DNA from: Anolis carolinensis
Lineage: Eukaryota
NCBI RefSeq assembly: GCF_035594765.1
Contig: NC_085844.1
Location: 194,448,107 to 194,512,106, forward strand
Length of the DNA: 64,000 nt
Direction: 5' to 3'
Position 1 is the stretch's first letter, and every line of letters starts with the position of its first letter. A program made the position numbers and the translations under genes. Shown one piece after another: positions 51,201-61,975 of this stretch. The notes beneath the pieces were generated by a model that had not been told where the DNA came from, searched no databases, and was given only the letters and a program-made list of their open reading frames with translations.

Positions 51201-54200
51201 TTAATAAAGTGTAAGACAAGTATGAACAGAGGGTAATCCCACAAAAATTTAGCACCTGAAAGGAAGATAATTGTGCAGCAAATAGTAATTCGAGGAGCAG
51301 GTATGGCAGCTATTTACCTAAAATATTTATTTATCACATCTCACCTCAGCACTTTGTCTTCTCTTTACATCCAACCTCTTTTCTTTCATGCTGCCCTCTG
51401 CTACATAATACTGTCCATAAAATTATCGAGTTGGAAGACACCACAGGGGCAATCATGTGGCCTCTACCAGCACCAGCCAAGCTAAAAGATCTTTTGCATA
51501 ACTCATTTCAGTGTTATATTCCGCCCTCTTCCACTGTTTCTCTCTTTTGCTGGTCTTCATCTCCTTTCACCCCTGGTGTTAGTTAAATCTTTACCTCTAC
51601 TAAACTGCCCTGTCATGCATCAGTATCCAGTCAATCAGTCTATTTCAGGACTAGCATCAAAATAAAGACAGCTACATTTATATATTATATACATTATAAT
51701 TGCTCATTATGCAAACTATTCTGTGAGTCATGAACACACAGATAATTCTGAATTTGCCCTAAGAGATATTTCTTTCAAGTTTGCTTTATGGATAAAAGAG
51801 ACTGGGTTTCCTTATGTTTTTCTTTCTTTCTTTGGCATGTAATACGAGGATTCACAGCCTGTAGCCTAAGGTATCTTCCATGCTCTCCCTTTCTTCTCAA
51901 TGAGCTCCTGTGGCTTCAACAGCTTTGGGAAAGGCACCTATTTAATAAGTATAGTCTCCCAAGAACAGAGATACCATAAAGTTTGAGGATTCTTTTTGAG
52001 GCATCTAAAATTATCCAACCATGCCTATGCTCAGCATTCCATGGTAAAATGGCACTGAAACCAACTTACAGGAACAACAGAACATTTCCTGACAATTACA
52101 TCATAACCATACATAAAAATCTCACAGACACAATGTTCAGTAAGATTAAACAATTAATAACTCGCACTAGACTAATTTTGGGAAAATGCCAAAATACAGT
52201 ACAGCTAAAACATTTAACTTAAAGATAAGTATTGCTTCAGCCACAACCCTTGCGGCCTTTAAGCAGTAGCTACTGCCACCCTTGAAGATGGAATATTTCC
52301 AGGCCATTCAGATCAGCTTTTAGGTCTTGCAAGACTTACAGCTTAGATGACCTCCAAGTACCTCTGTGGCCACAGCAGTCATGATAGCTAGGATAAGTCA
52401 AGACATGTGGGAAGAATAAGGTCTATTGGGATTCCAACTCCCAGAATTCCTACCATTGTACAAGCTGACTAGGGATTCTGGGAATTGGAGGCCAAACCAG
52501 CTGGAAGGCCGGAGTTTGAGGATGCCTGGTCTAGATGCCTCTCATCCCCATCCTTTACCATGCACCAAATGATTCAATCATTTCAAAAGTTCAAAAAGTA
52601 AATCAGAATAGAGTTTTAGCTTTGTAGATATGTTTATATAGTACATGTAAGCTGGTTTATGAAAAATGTGCTTGTAGTTATATCTAATTACAGGAATGTT
52701 TTGGGGGAAATGATAACTTTCTGCTGAAATACTTTACAAAAATGTATACAGTCATTTTGGTGTCATTTTCCCTGTTGGTGTCACCTGGTGTGGTTTACTT
52801 GCTTTTCTTTTTTGGTTTTCAGTTCTTTTCAAATAATATATATTTCTGATCTCAAGTTTTCTTTAATATTCAGGACCACATCTACTTTGTGAATTAATGT
52901 ATACTTGTAATGAAGTTTTTTTCTCCCCTCTCAACTTCATTATCTACCCTCATTTATAACTCACCTCTTTGATTTCTTGAAGTAGTTTGATAGCATGGGA
53001 ATAATCTGGTGGTATTCTGGAAAGCTGTTCTCTCAGACGGTCCCAAAAGACTTTGTGCAATGTCTCTTTTACTCTGCTTTCCAAACTACAAGTTAAAAGC
53101 AGCTACTGTTAACATTTTCCCTCTAACATATTAGAGAACAATGGTTCTCAACCTATGGGTCCCCAGGAGTTTTGGCCTACAACTCCCAGAAATCTCAGCC
53201 AGTTTACCAGCTGTTGGGATTTCTGGGAGTTGAAGGCCAAAACATCTGGGGACCCACAGGTTGAGAACTAATGTTAGAGAATGACCCACAATAGACCCCT
53301 AGATATTTCTTCTCCAAAACTATTAACATATTCCTTGAACCTGAACTGCATGTACAACAACTGCAATACGGTCATGGGGGGTTTCTTCCCTCATCCTATG
53401 CATTTGTCCTTCAACTCAAGAGTAGAAAGTACACCACCCATGGCATCACTGTTGCATCATTCTGTGCAGACATTATGCATAGCTCTTTAAGGAGAACTTT
53501 ACGTGAGACAGTTATAGTTTCTCATGTAGATAATCGCTTAAGAGAGAATCATTTCTATTTTGGATTAAATAATTCAATTTAATATTTAAAAACACCACTT
53601 AGGAATACTTCACTGGCTGCCATAACACATCACACATAATTCATGGTGTTAGTACTAGTGTATAAAGTAACTTAGGATCCAGGTGCTTAGAGAGCCATAT
53701 TTCCCAACACCAGTGGTTCTCAACTTGTGGGTTGCCAGATGTTTTGGCCTTCAACTCCCAAAAGTCCTAACAGCTGGTAAACTGGCTGGGATTTCTGGGA
53801 GTTGTAGGCCAAAACACCTAGGGACCCACAGGCTGAGAACCACTGCCCAACACAAACATATTAGGATTCAAAGTCAGTAATTAAAGGATCACCAACAGTG
53901 ATCCTTTAACATGAACTGTATTGCTATTAGTCGGCCCTCCACATTTGTGGATTTGATTAATCGCAGATTTGATTAAAATGTTCTAAGTCCTCCAGGTAAA
54001 CTCTATAGTCAGCTTCCTCCAAAGGTTGACCATAGTCACACTAGAGTGCCAAAGAGATTCCTAGAGATAACACCTCTCTATAGGAACCTCTAGGTCTTCC
54101 AGTGCAATTCTATGGTCAATGAATAAATGAAGTAACTGATTTAGTTGAAAACAATTTGGAACATGTTTTTTTTTGTTAAATCCTACCTGTTTGGTGGGAA

Positions 54201-57182
54201 ATTCACCTCTTGCAGTTTGAAGTCCTGATTTACTACAATTTCATGTGCTATGGTCATTTTTGAGACTTCATTAGCTGTTTCCATGAGTTCAGCCATGGAA
54301 AATAATTGAGAAGGACTGGCTGCATAAAAATAAAATATAATGGCACTTAGGAGACTCATCAAAGATGATAGGAATTTCTATTGAAAAGGGAGGAGGATCA
54401 ACTATATATACATTCACTAGAAAGAAAACAAGACAAGCAATGACAAAAACCCTTACCAAGACACTAGAGAACTATAGCCACTATAGACACTACAGAACAG
54501 CCAGGATTAGGTTAGAGGGACCCAAAGCCATTCCTAGGCTACTATGGGATACTAAGCCATCCTCTCTCTGATGTTCTTACACCAAGAGACAAAGTCTTAT
54601 TCAGACAAGGCTTTAGCAAATAAGCTGCTCGTCATTAAAGGGAAATTTTAATTTAGGCCGATGCTGAATTTCTCCCCATTTTACTGATTTTCTTTTTAAA
54701 GTTATCATGTTTAAATTAATTTCTTTTTTAGTTCTTAGTTCTGGTTAATGTTTTATTAGTAATCCTGTAACCCATTTTGGAGAGAAATGTAGGCTATAGA
54801 GCCATAAAATTGTAGAGTTGAAGGAAACCATACGAATCATGCAGTCCTACCCGCTGCCACGCAGGAAAACAATCAAAGCATTCTTGACAAATGGTCATCT
54901 ACCCTCTATTTTAAAGCCTACAGAGAATGAGACCCCATCACACACTGAGGCAGCATATTCCACCTCAGACAGCAATAACCATCGGAAAGTTTTTCCTAAT
55001 ATTTAGGTGGAATTTCTTTTCCTGTACTTTGCATCCATTGCATTGTCTTGGTTTTTGGAGCAGCAGAAAACAAGTCTGCTCCCTTCTCTAGAAGACATCC
55101 TTTCAAATGATTAAACATGGCTATCACTTCCCCGCTCAGTCTTTTCTCTGAGCTAACCAAACCCAGCGAACTAAGCTGCTCCTCACAGAGCTTCACTTCC
55201 AGACATTTTGATTGCCCTTCTCTGGAGACCTTCCCACTTGTAAGTATCCTTCCTGAATTGTGGTGCCAACAACAGGATACATTATTCCAGGTGAGGTCTG
55301 GTCAAAACATAATAGAGTGGTGCAGTAGAGTCTCACTTATCCAAGCCTCGCTTATCCAAGCCTCTGGATAATCCAAGCCATTTTTGTAGTCTATGTTTTC
55401 AATATATCATGATATTTTGGTGCTAAATTCATATAGTAATTACAACACAACATTACTGCGTATTGAACTACTTTTTCTGTCAAATTTGTTGTATAACATG
55501 AAGTTTTGGTGCTTAATTTGTAAAATCATAACCTAAGTTGATGTTTAATAGGCTTTTCCTTAATCCCTCCTTATTATCCAAGATATTCGCTTATCCAAGC
55601 TTCTGCCGGTCCGTTTAGCTTGGATAAGTGAGACTCTACTGTACTATTATTTTGCTCACTCTAAACCAGTGATTCCCAAAGTGGGCGCTACTGCCCCCTG
55701 CTGGGCGCTGGAGCAATCCAGGGGTGGTGGTGATGGCATCTATTAGGACATGGGGGCGAGGCCAGAGAAGGGGCGGGGCCTCTTCCCAAGTGCTGGAGAC
55801 AGGGCTGAGAACCGGGAGCGCCTGTTAGGACACACGGGGGCGGAGCTAGAGGAGTGGGCGTGGCTTCTTCCCAAGAGCCTGAGACAGGGCTGAGAATCTA
55901 TACCTCTCTTGAGGCGCTTGTTGGGACACAGAGGGCGGAGCTAGGGAAGGGGGTGGGGCCTCCTTCCAAGAGCCCAAGACAGGACTGAGCCTCTATACCT
56001 CTCCTGAGAGGCCTTTTAGGACTAAAGGGCAGGGCTGGGGTGGGGGCGGGGCCTCTTCCCAAGAGCGCGAGTCAGGGCTGAGCCTCTGTAAACCTTCCCT
56101 GAGGCGCTTGTTAGAACACGGGGGCGGGGTATAGATGCTCAGCCCCGTCAGGCACTTGGCAAGAGGCCCCGCCCCCTGTGTCCTGGCAGACGCCGCAGGA
56201 CAGGGATAGCTCAACCCTACTTCAGAGCTCGTAACTCCACCCATCCCAGTCCCATTTGTGGCCCCACCCACCTCCCCTCGCAGCCCTGTATCTCAGCCCA
56301 GCCTTCTTGAGCAGGATCCACACCCACCCCTCTAAGCCACACACCCCTTCCCAGGGGGTGCTGAGTCATATTTTTTCTGGAAAGGGGGTGGCAGGCCAAA
56401 TAAGTTTGGGAATCACTGCACTAGACACTATACCCCATTTTTCCCCATGTCAGGAGTGACTTGAGAAACTGCAAGTTGCTTCTGGTGTTGATGCAACCTA
56501 GAATTGCATTGGTTCTTTTGGCTATCACATCACATTGTTGATTCATGTTTAGTTTGTAGTCTACTAAGATTCATGGAGTGCCTGAGTTAAGTAATTTGAC
56601 CTAATAAAAATCTGAATAATTTTTTCATACAAAATCTACTGATCGGCAGTTTCTTTTTTCTATACTGCAGCTATTACTTCTGCTAATGAAAAATATTAGG
56701 AAATAATTACAGATATAATTATGGTTGTCACAACACATTTTAAGCTTTGCTGTTTGGAAATCTAATTTCAGCTGCTTCACTGTATGTACTACTTTATGAA
56801 ATGCTTTATGAAAATTAAATAAGTCAGTTTAATGGACCTGACACACTATTATACAAAGTAAATTAAACTCTTTACTGATCCCTTTTTGTATAGTTTTTCT
56901 TTGAAGCTCTCTCTGCAAAAGCTTTTCTATTGATTTCAAAACCTATATTGCTTATCAAAGTACTTTCAATTTTTCCAATACAATTTCAAAATAGGCTACT
57001 GAGATACTTGAGTTTTCAAGCATTCACACAGAATTGCACATACAAGGTGGAGTTTCAGGTGGACAGAGGTCAGGCATATCTCCACCATGGCTGTCTTCAT
57101 GTTCCTTTGCTTTTCTGGGGTCACAATCTGCACTCTGGGAAGCATTCCAGTCACTTGGGGTGGTCTCCTCAGCATTAGGCAT
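35230..57182 (-). CDS. TCP11: TCP11 (t-complex 11), complete multi-exon CDS: complement(join(35230..35450,36757..36920,40545..40726,41010..41227,43476..43612,50759..50979,52965..53085,54187..54319,57044..57182)); 1536 nt, 511 aa
   Basis: Nine GT-AG exons with compatible phases sum to 512 codons. Tcp11-family motifs present: FWD(R)[39 protein letters not shown]. Adjacency to ANKS1A favours TCP11 over TCP11L1/L2. Confidence 0.92.
36757..36920 (-). CDS. TCP11: TCP11 exon ([55 protein letters not shown])
   Basis: tttag| acceptor, G|gtgagt donor, 164 nt; not in the ORF track. Confidence 0.93.
37057..37288 (-). mobile_element. Penelope-like pLTR fragment
   Basis: tgttgtcgaaggctttcatggccgggatcac... 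pLTR; 10-bp TSD attggcaata at 37047-37056 and 37289-37298. Confidence 0.85.
37141..37181 (-). ncRNA. Minimal type-I hammerhead ribozyme in Penelope pLTR
   Basis: The minus strand reads cct-CTGAGGA-t-gcctgc(catagat)gtgggc-GAAA-cg-TC-agg: intact catalytic core, stem I cct/agg, 6-bp stem II, palindromic ACGT in place of stem III. Confidence 0.8.
37583..38055 (+). mobile_element. Non-autonomous Helitron
   Basis: A^TCTATATATATAAAAG 5' end; 3' hairpin gccacagcaacgcgtggc then CTAG^T; inserted at an AT dinucleotide with no TSD. Confidence 0.88.
38320..39582 (+). mobile_element. Non-autonomous Helitron with GC-rich captured segment and 75-bp minisatellite
   Basis: 5' ttatatatataaaaatgtaatgttcg (start approximate); 3' gccacagcaacacgtggccaggcacagCTAG^T. 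Confidence 0.8.
39204..39547. repeat. 75-bp tandem repeat (about 4 units) whose last partial unit is inverted
   Basis: gggaat recurs near 39204, 39279, 39354 and 39429; perfect 24-bp inverted repeat at 39462-39485 and 39492-39515. Confidence 0.85.
40545..40726 (-). CDS. TCP11: TCP11 exon ([29 protein letters not shown]...[16 protein letters not shown])
   Basis: ttacag| acceptor, AG|gtaaga donor, 182 nt. Confidence 0.94.
41010..41227 (-). CDS. TCP11: TCP11 exon ([14 protein letters not shown]...[25 protein letters not shown])
   Basis: ttccag| acceptor, GAG|gtaagg donor, 218 nt. Confidence 0.94.
41405..41850 (-). mobile_element. L2-like LINE 3' end
   Basis: Reverse complement similar to 14234-14661 (ggagttcca...gagaaagccctgtctc); (TTTA)n tail. 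Confidence 0.8.
41900..42092 (+). mobile_element. Degenerate 5S-rRNA-derived SINE
   Basis: aagctaaaggacggtcagccctggttactacatggatgggaaac resembles the 5S internal control region; (CA)n tail. Confidence 0.6.
42190..42879. mobile_element. Related TIR element with GC-rich internal duplication
   Basis: tagagtctcagttatccgac / gtcggataaccaagactctactg^ta; about 100-bp direct repeat at 42478-42578 and 42653-42757. Confidence 0.78.
43270..43445 (+). mobile_element. RTE-BovB 3' end (second fragment near 58395-58490)
   Basis: gaaggaaaaaggaagcggggccgaccaagggcaaaatggatggatgg ([15 protein letters not shown]), ggtccatgaagtcacg...agtcgga, (CAA)n tail. Confidence 0.8.
43476..43612 (-). CDS. TCP11: TCP11 exon ([46 protein letters not shown])
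   Basis: ggtag| acceptor, CAG|gtagga donor, 137 nt. Confidence 0.95.
44830..45270 (-). mobile_element. L2-like LINE 3' fragment
   Basis: cgaggggccaacacggagaagaccctctccctcgtccccac matches the other L2 copies. Confidence 0.65.
45349..45655. mobile_element. Tc1/mariner-superfamily (pogo-like) MITE
   Basis: TIR CAGTAGAGTCTCACTTATCCAAC / GTTGGATAAGCGAGACTCTACTG, TA TSD. Confidence 0.9.
46829..47173. mobile_element. Same MITE family, opposite orientation, inside the Helitron
   Basis: Slightly degenerate TIRs; internal sequence is the reverse complement of 45349-45655. Confidence 0.85.
47403..48211 (-). mobile_element. R4/Dong-like non-LTR retrotransposon 3' fragment (CCHC knuckle and restriction-like endonuclease)
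   Basis: [18 protein letters not shown]; [10 protein letters not shown]...NTPDITVV...IIDVAIP...EKLSRYQDL; internal deletion near 47600; (TAA)n tracts on both sides. Confidence 0.85.
48212..48267. repeat. (TAT)n microsatellite; others near 44570-44604 and 58780-58825; AT-rich low-complexity tract at 46020-46310
   Basis: Direct inspection. Confidence 0.95.
48776..49090 (+). mobile_element. Sauria SINE (inside the Helitron)
   Basis: tRNA-like head tggcgcagcg...ggtttgaat, body gcaaatgagagtagatcaataggtac...gacaacgcc...gaaatggagatgagcacc, ACCTTT-type tail. Confidence 0.9.
49636..50262. repeat. GC/CpG-rich tandem duplication with a 303-bp period, built from subunits in both orientations; probably TE internal sequence
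   Basis: caacctgggc...ctgcggcccgcacggcttagccccgcccaccacatcgc at 49636 and 49939; explains the 101-aa periodic ORFs on both strands. Confidence 0.88.
50759..50979 (-). CDS. TCP11: TCP11 exon ([37 protein letters not shown]...[23 protein letters not shown])
   Basis: gtgtag| acceptor, CAG|gtgggc donor, 221 nt. Confidence 0.95.
52965..53085 (-). CDS. TCP11: TCP11 exon ([41 protein letters not shown])
   Basis: ttgtag| acceptor, GAG|gtgagt donor, 121 nt. Confidence 0.95.
53139..53273. mobile_element. hAT MITE
   Basis: TIR caatggttctcaacct / aggttgagaactaatg; perfect 8-bp TSD ttagagaa. Confidence 0.9.
53711..53845. mobile_element. hAT MITE, same family, opposite orientation
   Basis: TIR cagtggttctca / tgagaaccactg; perfect 8-bp TSD cccaacac. 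Confidence 0.92.
54187..54319 (-). CDS. TCP11: TCP11 exon ([43 protein letters not shown])
   Basis: atgcag| acceptor, CAG|gtagga donor, 133 nt; AHEIVVN family motif. Confidence 0.93.
54803..55322 (-). mobile_element. CR1 LINE 3' region, interrupted by two DNA transposons; continues near 56490-56570
   Basis: Minus-strand translation [29 protein letters not shown] is a CR1 ORF2 C-terminal motif; tccaggtgaggtctg and gcaacctagaattgcattgg are CR1-like. Confidence 0.8.
55323..55641. mobile_element. Same MITE family, inserted in CR1
   Basis: TIR CAGTAGAGTCTCACTTATCCAAGC / GCTTGGATAAGTGAGACTCTACTG. Confidence 0.9.
55667..56418. mobile_element. Non-autonomous hAT element with GC-box-rich internal tandem repeats
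   Basis: TIR cagtgattcccaaa / tttgggaatcactg; TSD ctctaaac/cactagac (6 of 8 match); repeated ggggcggggcctcttcccaag...agggctgag. Confidence 0.85.
57044..57182 (-). CDS. TCP11: TCP11 first coding exon ([46 protein letters not shown])
   Basis: Acceptor ctag| at 57190/57189, acaATG at 57182, T|gtatgt donor whose phase 1 fits the next exon; acidic/Pro-rich MP- start like mammalian TCP11. Confidence 0.78.
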
Positions 57183-58777
57183 TGTGTTCCTAGTATAATA
57201 CACACATTTAAGAATATGGAATGGACTGAAACAGCAACATCTGAAAGCCATAAAAATCATTAGGGGGCTTTGCAGTCAATTTAAGCAAAGGTTCATTTGT
57301 TGTTTGTATTCAAGTATATTCTGACTTATGGCAATCCTATCATGGCAAGATTTGTTTAGAGGGGTTTGTCTTTGTCTTAAGTGGAGTTTGATTTGCTATT
57401 AGGACAACCAGCGATTTCCATGGCTGAGTGAGGATTTTAATCCTACTCTCAAGAGATGTAGACAAACACCCAAATTACACCATTCTTGCTCCTAAAAGTC
57501 CGTAAGAACTGCACTTTTTTCCACCTAAGATTAGTGCCATTAAACAACTTTAATGTAGTACTCCTTAATTTTTGAGACATAGCACAAATAGAGGGTAGAT
57601 TCCTTATCAACTCACATCCCAATGTATTAATTGGCCCATGCCTCACTGAAGAGTATGCCTTTTCAACCTGGGAAATATTTATCTTCACACCCTCAGCTAA
57701 CAAATAAAAAAGCTACTTTCAAGTATTTCTGTTTATTATTATAGTTTAACTAAGGTCTAAGTAAGTAACATTACTGGGGTAATGGGACAAGGCATCATTC
57801 CATTCCTTCTAGTAATTATGAGGCTATGACCTCACCACTTAGATGGCCTTTTATGCCACAGGCCACCAATTCTACAATACCTTTATTTATGCAAATCTAA
57901 TGCACCATCAAATCTAATGTGAACCTCCATTTTCAAAACCCTGAAGCCAAAAAAAGTATTTACTGCCAAATGTAATGCACAGCGGCAAAACTCTTTGTAA
58001 TTTGGCCCAAAAAGGTGTGCATTAGTTGCTTAAAAACATAAGTATTAGAACTCCAAAGCTTCCAGCAATGGAAATGAGACTTTAACTGCTCTTGCTCAAT
58101 GCTATGGCATCATTGGGGGGGGGGGGGGGGGTAGTGTAGTTTTAGAAGGGATTGAGCCTTCTCTGCCAAAGAATGCTTATGCCAAACTATAAATCCCAGG
58201 ATTGCACAGCACTGAGGCATGGCAATTAGAGATGATGTCCCTGTAGGAGTTCCAGGTGCTCCTGAAGAAGCTCCCCCTTTTCCTTTGGCTCAGCCACACC
58301 AGATGCCACCAACTGAGGAGTGACACCAAAATGACTATATTTTTGTACAGTATTTCTGAAGAAATTTGTCATTTTTAAAAACATATTTCATAAGGCTTGA
58401 CCTTGAAGGAACTGGGGGTGGTGACGGCCAACAGGAAGCTCTGGCGTGGACTGGTCCATGAGGTCACGAAGAGTCGGAAATGACTGCATGAAGAGGCTTA
58501 CATGTCCTGTATCAATATAACTACAAGGCTAAAACTCTCTGAAATTTTTAATAGCATGCATTCCCATCAGAGCTCTCATTATTACCCAGAATTGTATTTG
58601 ATGGTTGACTGATATTATTAACTATTATAATACCTTTGTTTTATATTGTATTTTGTTTTTATCTTGTTATTGTGAATTGTATGTATGTTGTTTTTATCTG
58701 ATTATGCTGTCTGGGCTCTGCTCCATGTAAGCCGCCCTGAGTCCCCTTGGGGAGATGGTGGTGGGGTATAAATAAAG

Positions 58778-58826
<49 letters not shown>

Positions 58827-59294
58827 GTCACTTTAAGTTTTCTCCATATGTGATTTTTATAGTTGCTGATTTTGTCAAATTTTCTGGTATTTAAGCTACA
58901 ATATTGTGGAATAGTCTGGTACGGGAGAAGTTCCACGGAGGCCGACACCATAAGGCACTACATTGGCTAACACCAACTCTGGTGAGGCCATTATAAAGGC
59001 CTACCAGTGGCACCAATGTATAAGAGGTCCATTGGAGTGATTCCTTGCTGATACCATTCCTAGTGACACCACTGTATAGGAAGCTTATCTGGATGACTCG
59101 ATGAGTTACCACAGTGGTGACCCCAACCCACGAGAAATCATTGTAAGGCAAGAGCTTCATGTGTGGTCTCCGTGAGTTATCACACTGGGTGACGCCAATC
59201 CTTGAGAAAGTACTTTGTGGAAGGCCAATGTGGGCAATCCCAAGACAAAAGTTATGATCTCCAAAAGGTGTTTTTCCAAAAGGTTATGAATGCC

Positions 59295-59688
59295 TTGTCA
59301 AAAGCTTTCATGGCCGGAATCACTGGGTTGCTGTGAGTTTTCTGGGCTGTATGGCCATGTTCCAGAAACATTCTCCACAAGCTTGTGGATTTCAGTGGCT
59401 TCTCTGTGTAGTCTGACATGGTGGTTATTATAGTGGTCCAGCATTTCTGTGTTCTCAAATAATATGCGGTGTCCAAGTTGGTTCATCAAGTGCTCTGCTA
59501 TGGCTGACTTCACTGGTCGTCTACAGTGCCTTTCATGTTCCTTGATTCATGTTTGGGCAGTGCTGTGTTTGGCGGCCCCTATGTAGACTTGTCCACAGCT
59601 GCATGGTATTTGGTAGGACTCCTGCAGAGGTCAAGAGAGAATGCTTCTGGAATATGGCCATACAGCCAGGAAAACTCACAGCATCTCA
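59295..59688 (-). mobile_element. Penelope-like element fragment with GIY-YIG endonuclease remnant
   Basis: Minus-strand translation YQIPCSCGQVYIG...KEHERH...KSAIAEHLMN...HREATEI; inverted pLTR pieces at both ends; 12-bp TSD gttatgaatgcc (59283-59294 and 59689-59700). Confidence 0.88.
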
Positions 59689-59886
59689 GTTATGAATGCC
59701 ATTTTCCAAAACTAGCGCCACAATTCCCTTTGCTTAGACGGTCCCCAATGCTTCTCAAGAGCCATGTGATGAGTGAACACAGGGTGACCGCAACCAGAGC
59801 ACAGCTGTTATTGGAAGATTCACACCAGGTGGGGCCCAACGTCAGGAGAGGGGGTCCATGTAGGTGACTCCAAGAATCATGTACAC

Positions 59887-60064
59887 CAGGCATGGGCAAA
59901 CTTGGTCCCTCCAGGTGTTTTGGACTCCAACTCCCACCATTCTTAACAGCCTCAGGCCCTTTCCTTTTCCCCCTCAGCCGCTTAAGGAAAGAGCCTGAGG
60001 CTGTTAGGAATAGTGGGAGTTGGGAGTCCAAAACACCTGGAGGGACCAAGTTTGCCCAGGCCTG
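59887..60064. mobile_element. hAT MITE (long palindrome) nested in an older MITE
   Basis: caggcatgggcaaacttggtccctccaggtgttttggactcc / ggagtccaaaacacctggagggaccaagtttgcccaggcctg; TSD atgtacac/ctctacac. Confidence 0.88.
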
Positions 60065-60258
60065 CTCTACACCGAGTGATACCAACTCCTAGTGACTCCA
60101 CTGACCTCGGGACATTGAACCAGTTTCTAAATGCTCATTTCCTGCCCTAGGTTGGCTCTCTTTGGTGTGAAGCCCCTATTCCCCCGTCTCTCAGGTTAGT
60201 TGGAAGCATTCTGCGGCCTATAAAACACAAAGCACAAACAAGGCCTGGCCTGCCTTAC

Positions 60259-60500
60259 AGGAAGGTCCGCCAAAGTCGGGGAGCTCAACCCAAAGGTCTC
60301 GGCCGGACGGGAGAGAAGCGTCCTCTCTCCTTCCCGAAGGGGAAGGGAGGAAAACGAGGCCGGGCCAGGCGCTGGGAAGGAGGGAGGCGGCGCCGCCGGT
60401 GTTCCTGGCCGCCTTCAAACAGCTTCAGTGGCTTCTGAGGGTTCGTTGGTCCCTTTTGCGGGCCGATTCAAACTGGACCGAGTCAAGCACCATCCCGGGG
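60259..60500 (-). promoter_or_regulatory. TCP11: CpG-rich segment; probable TCP11 promoter and non-coding first exon
   Basis: GC/CpG-rich patch with no recognisable TE, 3 kb upstream of the first coding exon (which begins with an acceptor). Candidate donor CT|gtaagg at 60259/60258; two TTTGAA motifs on -. Confidence 0.6.
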
Positions 60501-61248
60501 GGGGGGGACAGTAATACCAAAAAAATAAGGGCACAAATAGAAAAAAAAAACACTTCGGAAAAAATTGAAGCTTATTTTTTATATAAGCCATCTTCATAGA
60601 GACGCTGTAGCCAAACAGCCTTTCTTCTGTATGTTCATTCCTTAAAGAACTTAACCAAGACCCCCCTACATTTCCATCCTGAATGGATCATTCCAATCCC
60701 ACTGGGAAACGCTTGTCTGTTGTGGGCTGAACTAAGTGGAGCAGAAAGTAGGGGAAGAAACTATTGCTCGCAATATCTCTCTCGTGGTGGGAATTCTAAC
60801 TGTTGTTGTTTTTTTACATGGTGTTTTACATAATATTAAGCAATCTCGCCATCCGAAAAATACTATTCTATAACAGTCTAATCGATTTCACCCCTCTCCT
60901 CACTAATGGGATTCTCTAAAGGGCAGCCTGAGAGGGACTACTGGCAGGTCGGAGGGGAAGACAAAAGCGCCACCTAGAGGCAAGTGTTTGGCATTGGAAA
61001 GAATTGCATCCTTTGTGCCATGGGTAGCATTTACATTAGGGCTCATCCAAGCTGATTGAAAACGCAGGTTTTGTTCCTTTTGTTTCCAATCGTAAACAGA
61101 GGGCTGTTCCACACAGCCATATGACCTAGAACCCTTCCACACAGCTCAATAAAATCCCACATTATCTTTGAACAGGAATATATGGCAGTGTGGACTCAGA
61201 TATCCCGGTTCAAAGCAGATGTAGGATTTTCTGCCTTGATATTTTGAG

Positions 61249-61545
61249 CCCCGGTGGTGAAGTGTGTTAAAGCACTGAGCTGCTGAACTTGCAGACCAAA
61301 AGGTCCCGGGTTCAAATCCCGGGAGCGGAGTGAGCGCCCACTATTAGCTCCACCTTCTGCCAACCTAGCAGTTCGAAAACAAGCCGGCGGGAAGGTAACG
61401 GCGCCCCATGCAGTCATGTCGGCCACATGACTTTGGAGGTGTCTACGGACAACGTCGGCTCTTCTGCTTAGAAATGGAGATGAGCACCAACCCCCAGAGT
61501 CAGACATGACTGGACTTAACGTCAGGGGAAACCTTTACCTTTACC
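61249..61545 (+). mobile_element. Sauria SINE inserted in a palindromic MITE
   Basis: A/B boxes (ggttcaaatcc), (ACCTTT)n tail; 9-bp TSD tattttgag at 61240-61248 and 61546-61554. Confidence 0.92.
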
Positions 61546-61975
61546 TATTTTGAGGTATATGGCTGTGTGGAAGGGCCCCCAGAATATCAAGGCAGAAAAT
61601 CCCACAATATCTGCTTTGAACGGGGATATCTGAGTCCACACTGCCATATATTCCAGTTCAAAGCAGAAAATGTGGGATTTTTTGCCTTGATATTCTGGGG
61701 GCCTGGGTAATACACTGATCTGATTAGCGTCTGAAAAAAGTATCTGATCTTATCATGAGCTGATAAAAATATATCTTGCCACGAGGCAGTAAAAATATTA
61801 TGGGGTAATCATAAATGAAACATGTACAACCAGCTTTTTGTATCTGCTGGGATTTGGTTCCAATACAAAGTCCCATTATATACAGTTGTGTGGTTAAATG
61901 TTATCCCATAGAAAACAGAGGAATCATGGTCTGGCTTTTGGGATTTTAAAAAATACGTTCAGGTAGTGAATGGTT

